A stretch of DNA of 43,442 bases from an uncultured Gammaproteobacteria bacterium. Its GTDB lineage: Bacteria > Patescibacteriota > Patescibacteriia > JAQUQO01. The notes under the pieces are model-generated. The model ran no database searches and was not told where the DNA came from. It saw only the letters and a list, made by a program, of their open reading frames with translations. Shown piece by piece: positions 23,660 to 33,181 of this stretch (within the stretch, counting starts at the first letter, position 1; each line of letters begins with the position of its first letter). The DNA lies in NCBI GenBank assembly GCA_964482065.1, contig CAYZWC010000001.1, positions 1-43,442 of the forward strand. The letters are read 5' to 3'. The position numbers and the translations under genes were made by a program.

Positions 23660-25117
23660 ATGACAGACAAAGATATTGCTTCTTTGATGGTAGAAGCGGC
23701 AGGCACAATTAAAGAAGCCATGGAAAATATTACTAAAGGCAAGCGGGGGATTGCCGTTGTTGTTGATAAAAATAAAAAATTACAAGGAGTGGTAACCGAT
23801 CGGGATATCCGAGTAGCTCTTCTTAATAATACTGATTTTTCTGAACCGGTATCAAAGATAATGAATGCCGTGCCGGTGATAGCTCGGGAAGGAACTCCAG
23901 CGGCCGACCTTTTGGAAATATCTTTAGAAAAAAATGTCCTTCAAATTCCAATCGTAGATTCAGACAACAAGTTAGTGGATATTATCGGACGTAACGAATT
24001 AAAAACCATACCGCTTTCTTCTCCCGATATTACAAAAAAAGAAGTGGATGTGATTAATAAAGTTTTAGCGAGCGCTCATTTGAGTATTGGTCCCCAGATC
24101 AAAGAGTTTGAACAAAAAATAGCTGATTTTATCGGCGTAAAATACGCGGTGGGCGTAAATAGCGGGACTAGCGGTCTTCATTTATGCATCAGAAGTTTAG
24201 ATATAAAAGACGGCGATGAAGTAATTACTTCACCATTCAGTTTTATTGCTTCGGCTAATTGCATGCTCTTTGAAAGAGCAAAGTCGGTCTTTGCCGATAT
24301 TGACGAACAGACACTTTGCATAGATCCGGAAAAAATAGAAGAAAAAATAACGGAAAAAACCAAAGCCATTCTGCCGATTCATATTTTCGGGCAGCCGGCT
24401 GCCATGGATAAAATTATGGAAATCGCCCGTCGCTACAATTTAGCGGTGATTGAAGATGCTTGCGAGGCCATTGGCGCGGAGATTAATGGAAAGAAAGTGG
24501 GCTCTTTCGGCGACGCCGCGGTTTTTGCTTTTTATCCCAATAAACAGATTACTACGGCCGAGGGCGGCATGGTGGTAACCAATAATGAAGAGATAGCCAA
24601 GCTTTGCTACAGTATGCGTAACCAAGGACGCGATGAAGATATGAGTTGGCTCAATCACAAAAGATTGGGTTATAATTACCGCATGAGCGAACTTAGCGCG
24701 GCTCTGGGGGTCGTTCAGATGGAACGTATTCATGAAATTTTGGATAAACGCCAGCGGGTAGCCGATTTGTATAATAAAAAATTAAGCCGTTTAGATGGAA
24801 TTATTATTCCCGAAGCAGCTCCGGACACCAAGATGAGTTGGTTTGTTTATGTGATTCGCCTCAACCCTTCCAAATTTTCCAAAGAAGATCGCGATGAAAT
24901 TATAAATAAATTGAGAGACGCGGGCGTGAGCTGCAAAGAGTATTTCCCCCCGATTCATCTAGAGCCTTTTTATACTGAAAATTTTGGCTTTAAGCCCGGC
25001 GATTTTCCCATCACCGAGAGAGTTTCCGGATCCAGCATCGCCTTGCCCTTCCACAATAATTTAAGTGAAGAAGAAATAGATTATGTTGTGGAATCTTTAG
25101 AAAAAATAATTAAATAA
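23660..25117 (+). CDS. CBS-pair domain fused to a DegT/DnrJ/EryC1/StrS-family sugar aminotransferase
   Basis: 485-aa ORF. The N-terminal ~115 aa form two CBS-like repeats (GIAVVVDKNKKLQGVVTDRDI; IPIVDSDNKLVDIIGRNEL). The remainder is typical DegT (GPQIKEFEQKIADF, NSGTSGLHL, SFIASAN, FYPNKQITTAEGG, GYNYRMSEL). Confidence 0.82.
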   Translation: MTDKDIASLMVEAAGTIKEAMENITKGKRGIAVVVDKNKKLQGVVTDRDIRVALLNNTDFSEPVSKIMNAVPVIAREGTPAADLLEISLEKNVLQIPIVDSDNKLVDIIGRNELKTIPLSSPDITKKEVDVINKVLASAHLSIGPQIKEFEQKIADFIGVKYAVGVNSGTSGLHLCIRSLDIKDGDEVITSPFSFIASANCMLFERAKSVFADIDEQTLCIDPEKIEEKITEKTKAILPIHIFGQPAAMDKIMEIARRYNLAVIEDACEAIGAEINGKKVGSFGDAAVFAFYPNKQITTAEGGMVVTNNEEIAKLCYSMRNQGRDEDMSWLNHKRLGYNYRMSELSAALGVVQMERIHEILDKRQRVADLYNKKLSRLDGIIIPEAAPDTKMSWFVYVIRLNPSKFSKEDRDEIINKLRDAGVSCKEYFPPIHLEPFYTENFGFKPGDFPITERVSGSSIALPFHNNLSEEEIDYVVESLEKIIK

Positions 25118-25121
25118 AAAC

Positions 25122-26609
25122 ATGGAACAACAGGATTCCATTTTCTCCAAGTTTAAAAAATTATCCAAACACTCCATCTATTATTCTTTCGGTAATGTGG
25201 CCGTGAGATTTTTGTCTTTTTTGCTGCTGCCTCTCTATACTCGTTTTTTGACTCCGGAAGAATATGGAATTATTTATACGATGCTCATCACCTCTTTTTT
25301 TGTAGGTATTATTTTGGATTTGCGCCAAAACGCTTCGGTTTTGCGGCTGTATTATGATCATAAAGACGAGCCGTCCCGATTGCGCGAATATTTAGGCTCG
25401 GTATTTATTTTTTGTATTTTTTTTTCCGCCGCGGTCATAGGATTGCTTTTGTGGCAAGGCGCGCCGATTTTCAATTGGCTTTTCCCGGACATTTCTTTTT
25501 ATCCTTATGTTTTTTTGATTTTAATATACACGTTTTTTCATAATAGTTTGACTTTCCCCATGATGCTTTTTCGTGCTAGAGAACAAGCCTTAAGATATGC
25601 TTTTTTTAATATAGCTAATTTTCTTCTTACTACTGGTTTGATTATTTATTTTGTGGTCGTTTTGCATGGAGGAGCTCTCGGGTATATTAAAGGAAGTTTG
25701 TATTCAGCGGCCGTCTTTTTTGTAGTTTATGTAATTTTGGCGGTTAAAGAAATAAATTTTAGATTTTCTTATTCCTTATTGAAGCCAGGTTTAAAGTATG
25801 GCATCCCTCTTATTCCCATGGCGATCAGCACCTGGATAATACAGGGTTCCGACCGTTTCTTTTTGGCTCGCTACAGTACCTTGTCAGAGGTGGGCCTTTA
25901 TTCCATGGCTTATAATTTGGCCAGCGGCGTGGGTATGGTTGTTTTTAGCGTATCCCAAGCTTGGCAGCCGTTTTTCTTTTCCATTGCCCGTATCAAAGAA
26001 GAAGTGAACAGAGTAATTCCTTCCCTGACTACTTATTTTTTATTGTTTGTCTCCCTGGTTATTTTATCATTATCCCTATTCAGTAAAGAAATTTTATTCA
26101 TCATGACTGACCTAGAGTACCACGCGGCTTATTTTTTAATTCCCATAATTTCCAGCTTATTTTTCTTCGAGGTTATTTTTATCATTACTTCTTATGGCAT
26201 ATCTTTTTTAAAGAAAGTTTATATTCTCTCCGCCATCAACGTTTTGGCCGCTATTATAAATATAGTTTTTAATTATTTATGGATACCGGTTTATGGAATG
26301 TCAGGCGCGGCTTATGCCACGTTGCTTTCTTATATGTTTAAAGCGGCCGCGGTATTTTATTTTTCTTATAAATTTTTTCATATTAAATATGAATTTAAGA
26401 GATTTTTCATGATTTTTGTTAGCGGTTTCATTTTTTTGATGGGTGGTATATATTTAAATAATTTTGAATTAAGCTTTAGAAATGTTTTGTTGAAATGTCT
26501 ATTGTTAATTGGTTTTATCGGCGCCTTATACTTATTCAAATTTTTCAAGCCGGGCGAGATTTCTCGAGTCGCGGCTTTATTTAAAAAATTAAGGTTGTTA
26601 AAGAGTTAA
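25122..26609 (+). CDS. wzx: polysaccharide flippase (Wzx / MOP superfamily)
   Basis: 495-aa ORF with about 12-14 TM helices, a polysaccharide-biosynthesis-protein-like N-terminus (FGNVAVRFLSFLLLPLYTRFLTPEEYG) and a glycan-locus context. Confidence 0.68.
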   Translation: MEQQDSIFSKFKKLSKHSIYYSFGNVAVRFLSFLLLPLYTRFLTPEEYGIIYTMLITSFFVGIILDLRQNASVLRLYYDHKDEPSRLREYLGSVFIFCIFFSAAVIGLLLWQGAPIFNWLFPDISFYPYVFLILIYTFFHNSLTFPMMLFRAREQALRYAFFNIANFLLTTGLIIYFVVVLHGGALGYIKGSLYSAAVFFVVYVILAVKEINFRFSYSLLKPGLKYGIPLIPMAISTWIIQGSDRFFLARYSTLSEVGLYSMAYNLASGVGMVVFSVSQAWQPFFFSIARIKEEVNRVIPSLTTYFLLFVSLVILSLSLFSKEILFIMTDLEYHAAYFLIPIISSLFFFEVIFIITSYGISFLKKVYILSAINVLAAIINIVFNYLWIPVYGMSGAAYATLLSYMFKAAAVFYFSYKFFHIKYEFKRFFMIFVSGFIFLMGGIYLNNFELSFRNVLLKCLLLIGFIGALYLFKFFKPGEISRVAALFKKLRLLKS

Positions 26610-26611
26610 TT

Positions 26612-28459
26612 ATGGCGAGCAGTATTTTATTAATAGACATCAGTAAATTTGATGATCGGCTCATTCCGCTGGTAAAAGATTTTGAACATGGCCCCGGCGG
26701 TAAGATTATTATTTCTTTTTCTTTACCGATTATTTGGAAAATTAAAGAAATTGTTTCGCCTTCGGTTGAGGTGACCTGGAGCCAAGAAGTTTTGGCCGAT
26801 GATTTTGAAATAATTGATGAGGCTGCTTACAGCATAATTCGCGGCTGGCATGATGGGAAAGGTTTTAGCTCCAATTTAATATATAACGGAGTCAATCTGG
26901 GAGCGACGGTTGAGCATTCTTTGTCCTTGGTTTTGCCTCAGCTTTTAGAGAAAATTAAACTTGTTAAAAAAATTTTGCAGCACGAAAATCCGGGACAAGT
27001 GACAGTAATAAGCAACAATAGCTTATTGGCGGATATATGTGAGAATGTTAAGTCCGGTTTGAGTTTGTCTTTGAACATACAAAGTATTGTTTGGAACGAG
27101 GAAAATTGTCAAGAAAATTTTTTCCGGCCGGAAATTGGCAAGCTGCCCATTATTGATTTTTTAGGCGGACAGCTTATGAGGATGTTTGGTTTCTTTTTTA
27201 AAAAAAAATCCGTTGAAAGAAAAGAAGCAATCTTGGTAAGAAATCCCAAACAGCTTTCCACTCTTTTATCAAAAGATTATAAGATTATTTTTTGCGCGGA
27301 AAAAATTAACCGAGAGCTTACTTTGGGCGTATTACGGAAAAAAGTTCCTTGCCATATAGCTAATGCGTTATTTGCTCGGGATAAAAATAAAATGAAGAAG
27401 TTATGGGGCTCGTTGAACAATGGTCACGAGTTTAAAAAAATTTTTATTTTTGAAGAGGTTGATTTTTGGCCTTTGCTTAAAAAAGATTTTAAAAAAATTT
27501 TTATCACAGCGTTTCCATTCTATATAGGTTATATTAAAAAGGCGGATAAAATTATTCAAAAGACTAAGCCTGCTTTGATGATTTCTACGCCGGGAGTTAC
27601 GGCCCCGGACAGGATACTTTTCGAGCTGGCAGATAAGTATAATATTCCTTCACTGGATATCCAGCACGGTCTTTTGGGAGACCGGCGGGCCAGAGAAATT
27701 ATTTATGCTTCGTGTATGGCTGTCTGGGGAGAAGCAACCAGAAGGCAGTTGGTGAATTGGGGAAATAATGAAGATAAAATTTTTGTAACCGGTAATTATA
27801 AGTTTGATAATTATAAAAATACAACAGGCTTAATACCGCGTGAAGATTTGTGTAGCCAGCTGGGTATTGATCCGACTAAAAAATTTTTTGTTTGGGCGAC
27901 CGGAGTTTATTTTGCCGATAATCTTCCCTACGTTTCTGCGGTTAGAACGCCCGATGAGGGAAGAGTCATCTTTACTTCTATTTTGAAGGTATTAGAAAAG
28001 TTTCCAGAAAAGCAATTAGTTGTTAAAACTCACCCCATGGAAAAACTAGAGGGGTATCTGGATATTTTGGAAAATTTTCCATCCTTAGAGAAACGTGTTA
28101 AGGTAATAAAGCAAGTTCATTTATACAGCCTTTTGAAGGAATCTGAACTTTTGTTTACGCGAGGCTCCACCACTGATTTGGAAGCCATGTTTTTTGGCAA
28201 GCCTATTATTGCTATGAATTTTTCATATGATAATGATTTTTTTTATAAATTTGATATGGTTGGTTGTCCTGTTTTAATAGTTAAAGACCGCAATCGATTA
28301 TACGAAATGGTGCAAAGTGTTTTAACTGATAATTCATTGCTAGCAAATTTACACAAAAGTCAGGAAAAATTTATTCAAGAGTTTGCCGGCGAGATGGATG
28401 GCCGGAGCGGAGAACGCCTGACTGCAGCGATTAAAAAAATTGTTCAAAACAATAGCTAA
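26612..28459 (+). CDS. hypothetical 615-aa protein; the C-terminal half looks like a GT-B-fold glycosyl/ulosonic-acid or glycerophospho-transferase
   Basis: No TM helix is present. The C-terminal half shows a Rossmann-like alternation: LMISTPG, LDIQHG, IFVTGNYKFD, FFVWATG, LVVKTHPME and LFTRGSTTDLEAMFFGKPII. No family could be assigned with certainty. Confidence 0.35.
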   Translation: MASSILLIDISKFDDRLIPLVKDFEHGPGGKIIISFSLPIIWKIKEIVSPSVEVTWSQEVLADDFEIIDEAAYSIIRGWHDGKGFSSNLIYNGVNLGATVEHSLSLVLPQLLEKIKLVKKILQHENPGQVTVISNNSLLADICENVKSGLSLSLNIQSIVWNEENCQENFFRPEIGKLPIIDFLGGQLMRMFGFFFKKKSVERKEAILVRNPKQLSTLLSKDYKIIFCAEKINRELTLGVLRKKVPCHIANALFARDKNKMKKLWGSLNNGHEFKKIFIFEEVDFWPLLKKDFKKIFITAFPFYIGYIKKADKIIQKTKPALMISTPGVTAPDRILFELADKYNIPSLDIQHGLLGDRRAREIIYASCMAVWGEATRRQLVNWGNNEDKIFVTGNYKFDNYKNTTGLIPREDLCSQLGIDPTKKFFVWATGVYFADNLPYVSAVRTPDEGRVIFTSILKVLEKFPEKQLVVKTHPMEKLEGYLDILENFPSLEKRVKVIKQVHLYSLLKESELLFTRGSTTDLEAMFFGKPIIAMNFSYDNDFFYKFDMVGCPVLIVKDRNRLYEMVQSVLTDNSLLANLHKSQEKFIQEFAGEMDGRSGERLTAAIKKIVQNNS

Positions 28460-28463
28460 AGTT

Positions 28464-30086
28464 ATGAATCAAGAAAAAAATAAAGTTTTAATTATCGGAC
28501 TTGATGGGGCTACTTTTGATATTTTAAATCCTTTGATGGAAAAAGGATTGATGCCCAATTTAAAAAAGATTAAAGATCATGGCGCTTGGGGAGAACTTTT
28601 AAGCTCTATTCCTCCTATTACCGGACCATCCTGGACATCATTTGCCACTGGAAGAAATCCCGGCAAGACAGGAGTTTTTGATTTTATGATCAAAGAAAAA
28701 GGCAATTATGAATTGAAGCCGATTACCTCATCTTATCTAAAAAGTAGATCAATTTGGGATTATTTGTCTCGTGATGGCAAAAGATCAATTGTTCTAAATT
28801 ATCCCACTCTTTTTCCGACCTATGAAATAAATGGTATTATGGTAAGCGGTATCGGAAGTTACAAGGGAGATGGTTTTTCTTATCCTAGAGAGGTTGAGAA
28901 TTTTTTGGATGAATTGACTGGAGAATATGAAATAGGAACAGAATTTACAGCTAAAAAATATAAAAATAATGAAGATCTTTATTTTAGGGATTCTCATCAA
29001 GTTTTTAGAAAAAAAGTACAAGCCGCAAAATATTTTTTAGAAAATGAAGATTGGGATTTTTTTGCAGTTATTTTTTGTGAAACTGATTTTTCACAACATT
29101 TTTTGTGGAAACATATAGATTCTTCCCACCCCTTATTTATTCCCCAAATTTCTCCAGGGTATAAAGATAAATTTGAAAAGTATTATCATGATATTGATGT
29201 GGCATTAGGCGAGTTATGGCAAATAGCCGGGGGGGATACTAATATTTTTATAGTTTCTGATCATGGTTTCGGACCGAGTAATTTGTGCTTCAGACCTAAT
29301 TTATGGCTGGAGAAAAAAGGGTATTTAGTAAAGAATAAATTGCCCTTAGCTTTAGCCATTAAAAAGAAAATAATGATCTTATTAAAGGTCATCATGGGAA
29401 AAAGAATTAGAGAGTATGTTTCTAAGAAAATTTCACGGGAAAATAAAGAAAAGTTAAAAGTTGGAGTTCTTTCGGAAATTAATTGGAACAAAACCAAGGC
29501 TTTATCTTTGGAACACACAGGTCCTTTAGGAGCTTTTTATATAGTAGATAACCTGAGCGCTGAAGAGAAAAAAGATGTTAAAAATAATTTGCTCAGAGAT
29601 TTGGAAAAACTACCCGAAGAATATGGCAGTAAATTTAAACCCACTGTTTATGATCCTAGTGAGATATATTGGGGCGATAGGACTTCGGAAACTCCGGATA
29701 TTATTTTTACTATAGCGAATTGGAATTGTTTAATGAAAAATTATACATTGAGTGGTCCGGTATGTCAAGAAATGCCTTGTAATCCGGCCATTACAGGCTC
29801 GCATCGTCCCGAAGGAATTTTAATGGCCGCCGGCCCTGGTATTAAAGAAGGCGTAAAAATAGATGGAGCTAAAATTTTTGATATCATGCCCACTTGTTTG
29901 TATCTTTTAAATTCATCTATTCCGAATGAAGTCGATGGAAAAGTTTTAAGGGCTATGCTGCATGAAAGATTTTTAAAAAATGATTTTAGCGATTTTAATA
30001 TGGGCTCGTCGGAAAAGGAATCAATGGACAATCAAATAGAAGAAGAAAAAATAAAAGATAAGCTTAAGGGTTTGGGCTATTTGTAA
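28464..30086 (+). CDS. second cytoplasmic alkaline-phosphatase-superfamily protein (paralogue of 16190..17461)
   Basis: I prefer the ATG at 28464 (MNQEKNKVLIIGLDGATFD). It shares the motif series of the first paralogue: IIGLDG, PPITGPSWTSFATGRNPGKTG, VSDHGFG and TGSHRPEG. It carries an extra basic/hydrophobic segment (LPLALAIKKKIMILLKVIMGKRIREY...). Confidence 0.7.
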   Translation: MNQEKNKVLIIGLDGATFDILNPLMEKGLMPNLKKIKDHGAWGELLSSIPPITGPSWTSFATGRNPGKTGVFDFMIKEKGNYELKPITSSYLKSRSIWDYLSRDGKRSIVLNYPTLFPTYEINGIMVSGIGSYKGDGFSYPREVENFLDELTGEYEIGTEFTAKKYKNNEDLYFRDSHQVFRKKVQAAKYFLENEDWDFFAVIFCETDFSQHFLWKHIDSSHPLFIPQISPGYKDKFEKYYHDIDVALGELWQIAGGDTNIFIVSDHGFGPSNLCFRPNLWLEKKGYLVKNKLPLALAIKKKIMILLKVIMGKRIREYVSKKISRENKEKLKVGVLSEINWNKTKALSLEHTGPLGAFYIVDNLSAEEKKDVKNNLLRDLEKLPEEYGSKFKPTVYDPSEIYWGDRTSETPDIIFTIANWNCLMKNYTLSGPVCQEMPCNPAITGSHRPEGILMAAGPGIKEGVKIDGAKIFDIMPTCLYLLNSSIPNEVDGKVLRAMLHERFLKNDFSDFNMGSSEKESMDNQIEEEKIKDKLKGLGYL

Positions 30087-30179
30087 CTTTTAATAATAAT
30101 GAAATTAATCGTGAAATTTTGAGGAGAAAATTATAAAAGATAAAAAAGTTTAGTTAAATAAGTATGATTTAATATTAAT

Positions 30180-32000
30180 ATGCTTGGATTTTGTGGGGCT
30201 TATTATTTTAAAGATTTATCTCATTCCTCTTTTCAGGAATTGGATTTAATGAGCTTGGCTTTTCAGGATCGATCTTTCGAGAACCGCTATCAAAATAAAA
30301 ATTTTTATTGGCGTGTTTTTGATGGCGAGCACGATAAGACCTCGGCTGAATATACTGAAGACAAAGAAAGCGACAAAGGAAAAATTAACGCGGCGGTTTT
30401 TGGATCTATGGCAATGTCGGGAGTAGAGGTATCCGGGCATAGTTTTTCTGAAGTAAAAAATTTTGTGGAAAACAATTTTGTTAAGAATAAATTTGATGCC
30501 CTGGCAAAGATAAACGGAAATTGGGTAATAGCTCTACGTAATGAAGATTCACTTATTTTATCACGCGATCCCGTTGGTATTCAGACATTGTATTATATTA
30601 AAACTGACAGAGCAGTTTATTTTTCCACTCATTTGTCAGCCTTTGAATGCTTACCTTGTAATAAAAAAATAAATTTTAAGTCTTTAGCTCGTTTTTTACA
30701 TTTCTTTTATATACCATGCCCTGAAACCATTTATGAAGATATTAAATGCGTGCCCGTGGGGCAAGCTGTAGAGATAAACAGCAAAGAGATAAAGTTTCAT
30801 CAATTTGCAAATACTCGTTTTGGACAACGGTCTTCTATTGCTGACAAAGAAAAGACGTCAGAGATTATTAAAGAGCAACTACCAAAATTCGAAGAATTAT
30901 TAGTGGAAACGGTTCGTTTGCGCACGGCACAATCGGGACGTACAGCTATATTTTTAAGCGGAGGCAAAGATTCTTCCGCTTTGGCTATTGCCGCCGCCAA
31001 AATCGATCCCAAAAAGTATCTGGCTGTGACAGTTGGTTTTGAAGACAGCGCGGTTGACGAAACCGATGATGCCAGACTGGTGGCGGAGCATTTTGGCCTT
31101 GAACATTTAGTTTTAAAATTCAGCGCCGAAGACTATGCTTCCTCAGTTGAAGAGTACATTAAAATTCAGGGGCAACCGCACGCAGAGATAGCCGGTTTGC
31201 CGCTATTTTTGGCAGCCAAAAAATTACCGCCTGATGTTGGGGTTATTTTGGATGGCACGGGAAATGATTATTATATGGGAATACCGGCTAGTCTACGCTA
31301 TAATATTTATTTGAAATTTCCCGTTGTTAGATTTTTCGTCAAATTATTACCAAAATTTTTAATAAATTTTTTGCCAGCCAAAGCGTCTCGAGGAGTAAAT
31401 TTTTTTAGGAAGCCGTTTCGGGAAATTTTTCTTTATTGGAATGGTTGGAGCGAGGAAGAGATAAAAAATATTTTCGGCTGGGACGGCGAGTTTGAAAATA
31501 CTGAATTAGCTAAGTTAGTAAAATCACGTCCGGATTGGGATTCTACGGATCTCAAGACTGAGGCAATTTGTAAAATTTGGGAGCCAGATAATGCTTATAG
31601 AAAAGTAGTAGCGGCAGGAAATTTTTATGGAATTACCGTGCGGTTTCCTTTCGCCGACATTTCTTTGTCTGATTTTTTTAAAACCTTGCCCAGTGAATTA
31701 TGTTACCGCGGTATGCTCAATAAAGTTTTATTAAGAGAATTTATGGCCCGCTATTTACCCAAAGAAATTTTAGAAAAACCAAAGGGTTCTTTTGTTTTTA
31801 ATCCCCATATTCTTTTGAGCGCCGATGATTACCAATTAACAAAAAAATATCTTAATTACGAAAAGTTAAAATACTTAAAAATAAAAGACATTGACACCTG
31901 TTTGCATTTAATTAAGAAATATATTGATGGAGAAGAAAAATTAGCAGATAAAGTCTGGCCACTATTTTTTCTTTCGGTCTGGGTAGGAAATAAAAAATAA
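30180..32000 (+). CDS. asparagine synthase-like amidotransferase (PP-loop ATP pyrophosphatase domain)
   Basis: 606-aa ORF with the PP-loop AIFLSGGKDSSALA. The N-terminal domain keeps SRDPVGIQTLYY, but Cys is at position 5 (MLGFCG) rather than position 2. Confidence 0.72.
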   Translation: MLGFCGAYYFKDLSHSSFQELDLMSLAFQDRSFENRYQNKNFYWRVFDGEHDKTSAEYTEDKESDKGKINAAVFGSMAMSGVEVSGHSFSEVKNFVENNFVKNKFDALAKINGNWVIALRNEDSLILSRDPVGIQTLYYIKTDRAVYFSTHLSAFECLPCNKKINFKSLARFLHFFYIPCPETIYEDIKCVPVGQAVEINSKEIKFHQFANTRFGQRSSIADKEKTSEIIKEQLPKFEELLVETVRLRTAQSGRTAIFLSGGKDSSALAIAAAKIDPKKYLAVTVGFEDSAVDETDDARLVAEHFGLEHLVLKFSAEDYASSVEEYIKIQGQPHAEIAGLPLFLAAKKLPPDVGVILDGTGNDYYMGIPASLRYNIYLKFPVVRFFVKLLPKFLINFLPAKASRGVNFFRKPFREIFLYWNGWSEEEIKNIFGWDGEFENTELAKLVKSRPDWDSTDLKTEAICKIWEPDNAYRKVVAAGNFYGITVRFPFADISLSDFFKTLPSELCYRGMLNKVLLREFMARYLPKEILEKPKGSFVFNPHILLSADDYQLTKKYLNYEKLKYLKIKDIDTCLHLIKKYIDGEEKLADKVWPLFFLSVWVGNKK

Positions 32001-32004
32001 TTAT

Positions 32005-33174
32005 ATGAATGTTTTAATGGTTGTAATGCGCGGGCAAACCGCCGGCTATGGCGGTGCTGCTCGGCAGGCAATTTCCCTTTGTCGCTTATTAAACAAAAGG
32101 GGGATTAATACCTTGGTTTTAACCAGCGGAACCCACAAAGACAGCGATGTTAAGATAAAGCCTGTATGCTCCAGCCTTTCCGGTATTTGGGGGAAGATAA
32201 GCTTTCCTGTAGCACTTTTTTTTCAAGTAATTTCCCGAGCCGGTAAATTTGATATTATTCATATTCATGGCGCTTATTGGATGAGCTTCGGCGCGGTTTT
32301 GGCAGCCAAGATTCGCCGCAAGCCCGTGCTTATCAAATTATCCATGTTTGGAGAAGACGACCCTCTGACTATAACAAAAGAAAAGTTTAGTTTGCGCGGG
32401 TTTGGTTTTTTAACTTATTTGGAGTTAAAATGGGCAACTAAAATTATTTGTATCAGCCGCGAGCTGGCCGACGCTTATCGCCGAAGTAAATTTTCTTTGG
32501 AGAAAATGGTGGAAATTCCTAATGGTGTGGATACGGAAAGATTTAGACCGTTGGCGGAAGAAGAGAAAAATTTTTTAAAGAAAAAATTAGGATTTGAATT
32601 AGCTGACAAACTAGTAGCCTTTCAAGGAAGTGTTTCCTTAAGAAAAGGAATAGACGTTTTATTAAAAGTTTGGCCTTCTATTTATGAAAAAAATCCGGAA
32701 GCTAAGTTATTACTGCTCGGACCCGTGGATAAAACTTTAGCGACGAAAGATAATTTTTTCGAGTATGCCAAAAATTTTATAGATGAAGAAATATTTAAAA
32801 AAAGTATTGTGGTAGCAGGTTTGGTTTCGCAAGAGAAAATTATAGAATATTTTCAGATTGCCGATTTGTTCGTTTTGCCTTCCATAAGGGAAGGATTACC
32901 CAATTCTTTGCTGGAAGCGATGTCGTCTGGCTTGCCCAGTGTAGCTACCGCTATTGGCGGTATGAATGATTTGATTGTTTCCGGGCGAAATGGTTTTGTT
33001 TTTTCCAAAGGAGATATTGATGAATTTTTACAGCATTGCCTTGCTGTATTGGAGGACAAGGATTTATCCGCTAGGCTTGCTATGGCTGCTCGGCAGACTA
33101 TTGTGGAAAAATTTTCTTTGGCATCCGTAGCTTTGGAATATCAAGGTTTGTATAATAAAGTAAATAAACGATAA
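32005..33174 (+). CDS. glycosyltransferase family 4 (GT-B, retaining type)
   Basis: 389-aa ORF with the EX7E region PSIREGLPNSLLEAMSSGLPSVATAIGG. Confidence 0.85.
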   Translation: MNVLMVVMRGQTAGYGGAARQAISLCRLLNKRGINTLVLTSGTHKDSDVKIKPVCSSLSGIWGKISFPVALFFQVISRAGKFDIIHIHGAYWMSFGAVLAAKIRRKPVLIKLSMFGEDDPLTITKEKFSLRGFGFLTYLELKWATKIICISRELADAYRRSKFSLEKMVEIPNGVDTERFRPLAEEEKNFLKKKLGFELADKLVAFQGSVSLRKGIDVLLKVWPSIYEKNPEAKLLLLGPVDKTLATKDNFFEYAKNFIDEEIFKKSIVVAGLVSQEKIIEYFQIADLFVLPSIREGLPNSLLEAMSSGLPSVATAIGGMNDLIVSGRNGFVFSKGDIDEFLQHCLAVLEDKDLSARLAMAARQTIVEKFSLASVALEYQGLYNKVNKR

Positions 33175-33181
33175 TTTTTTC

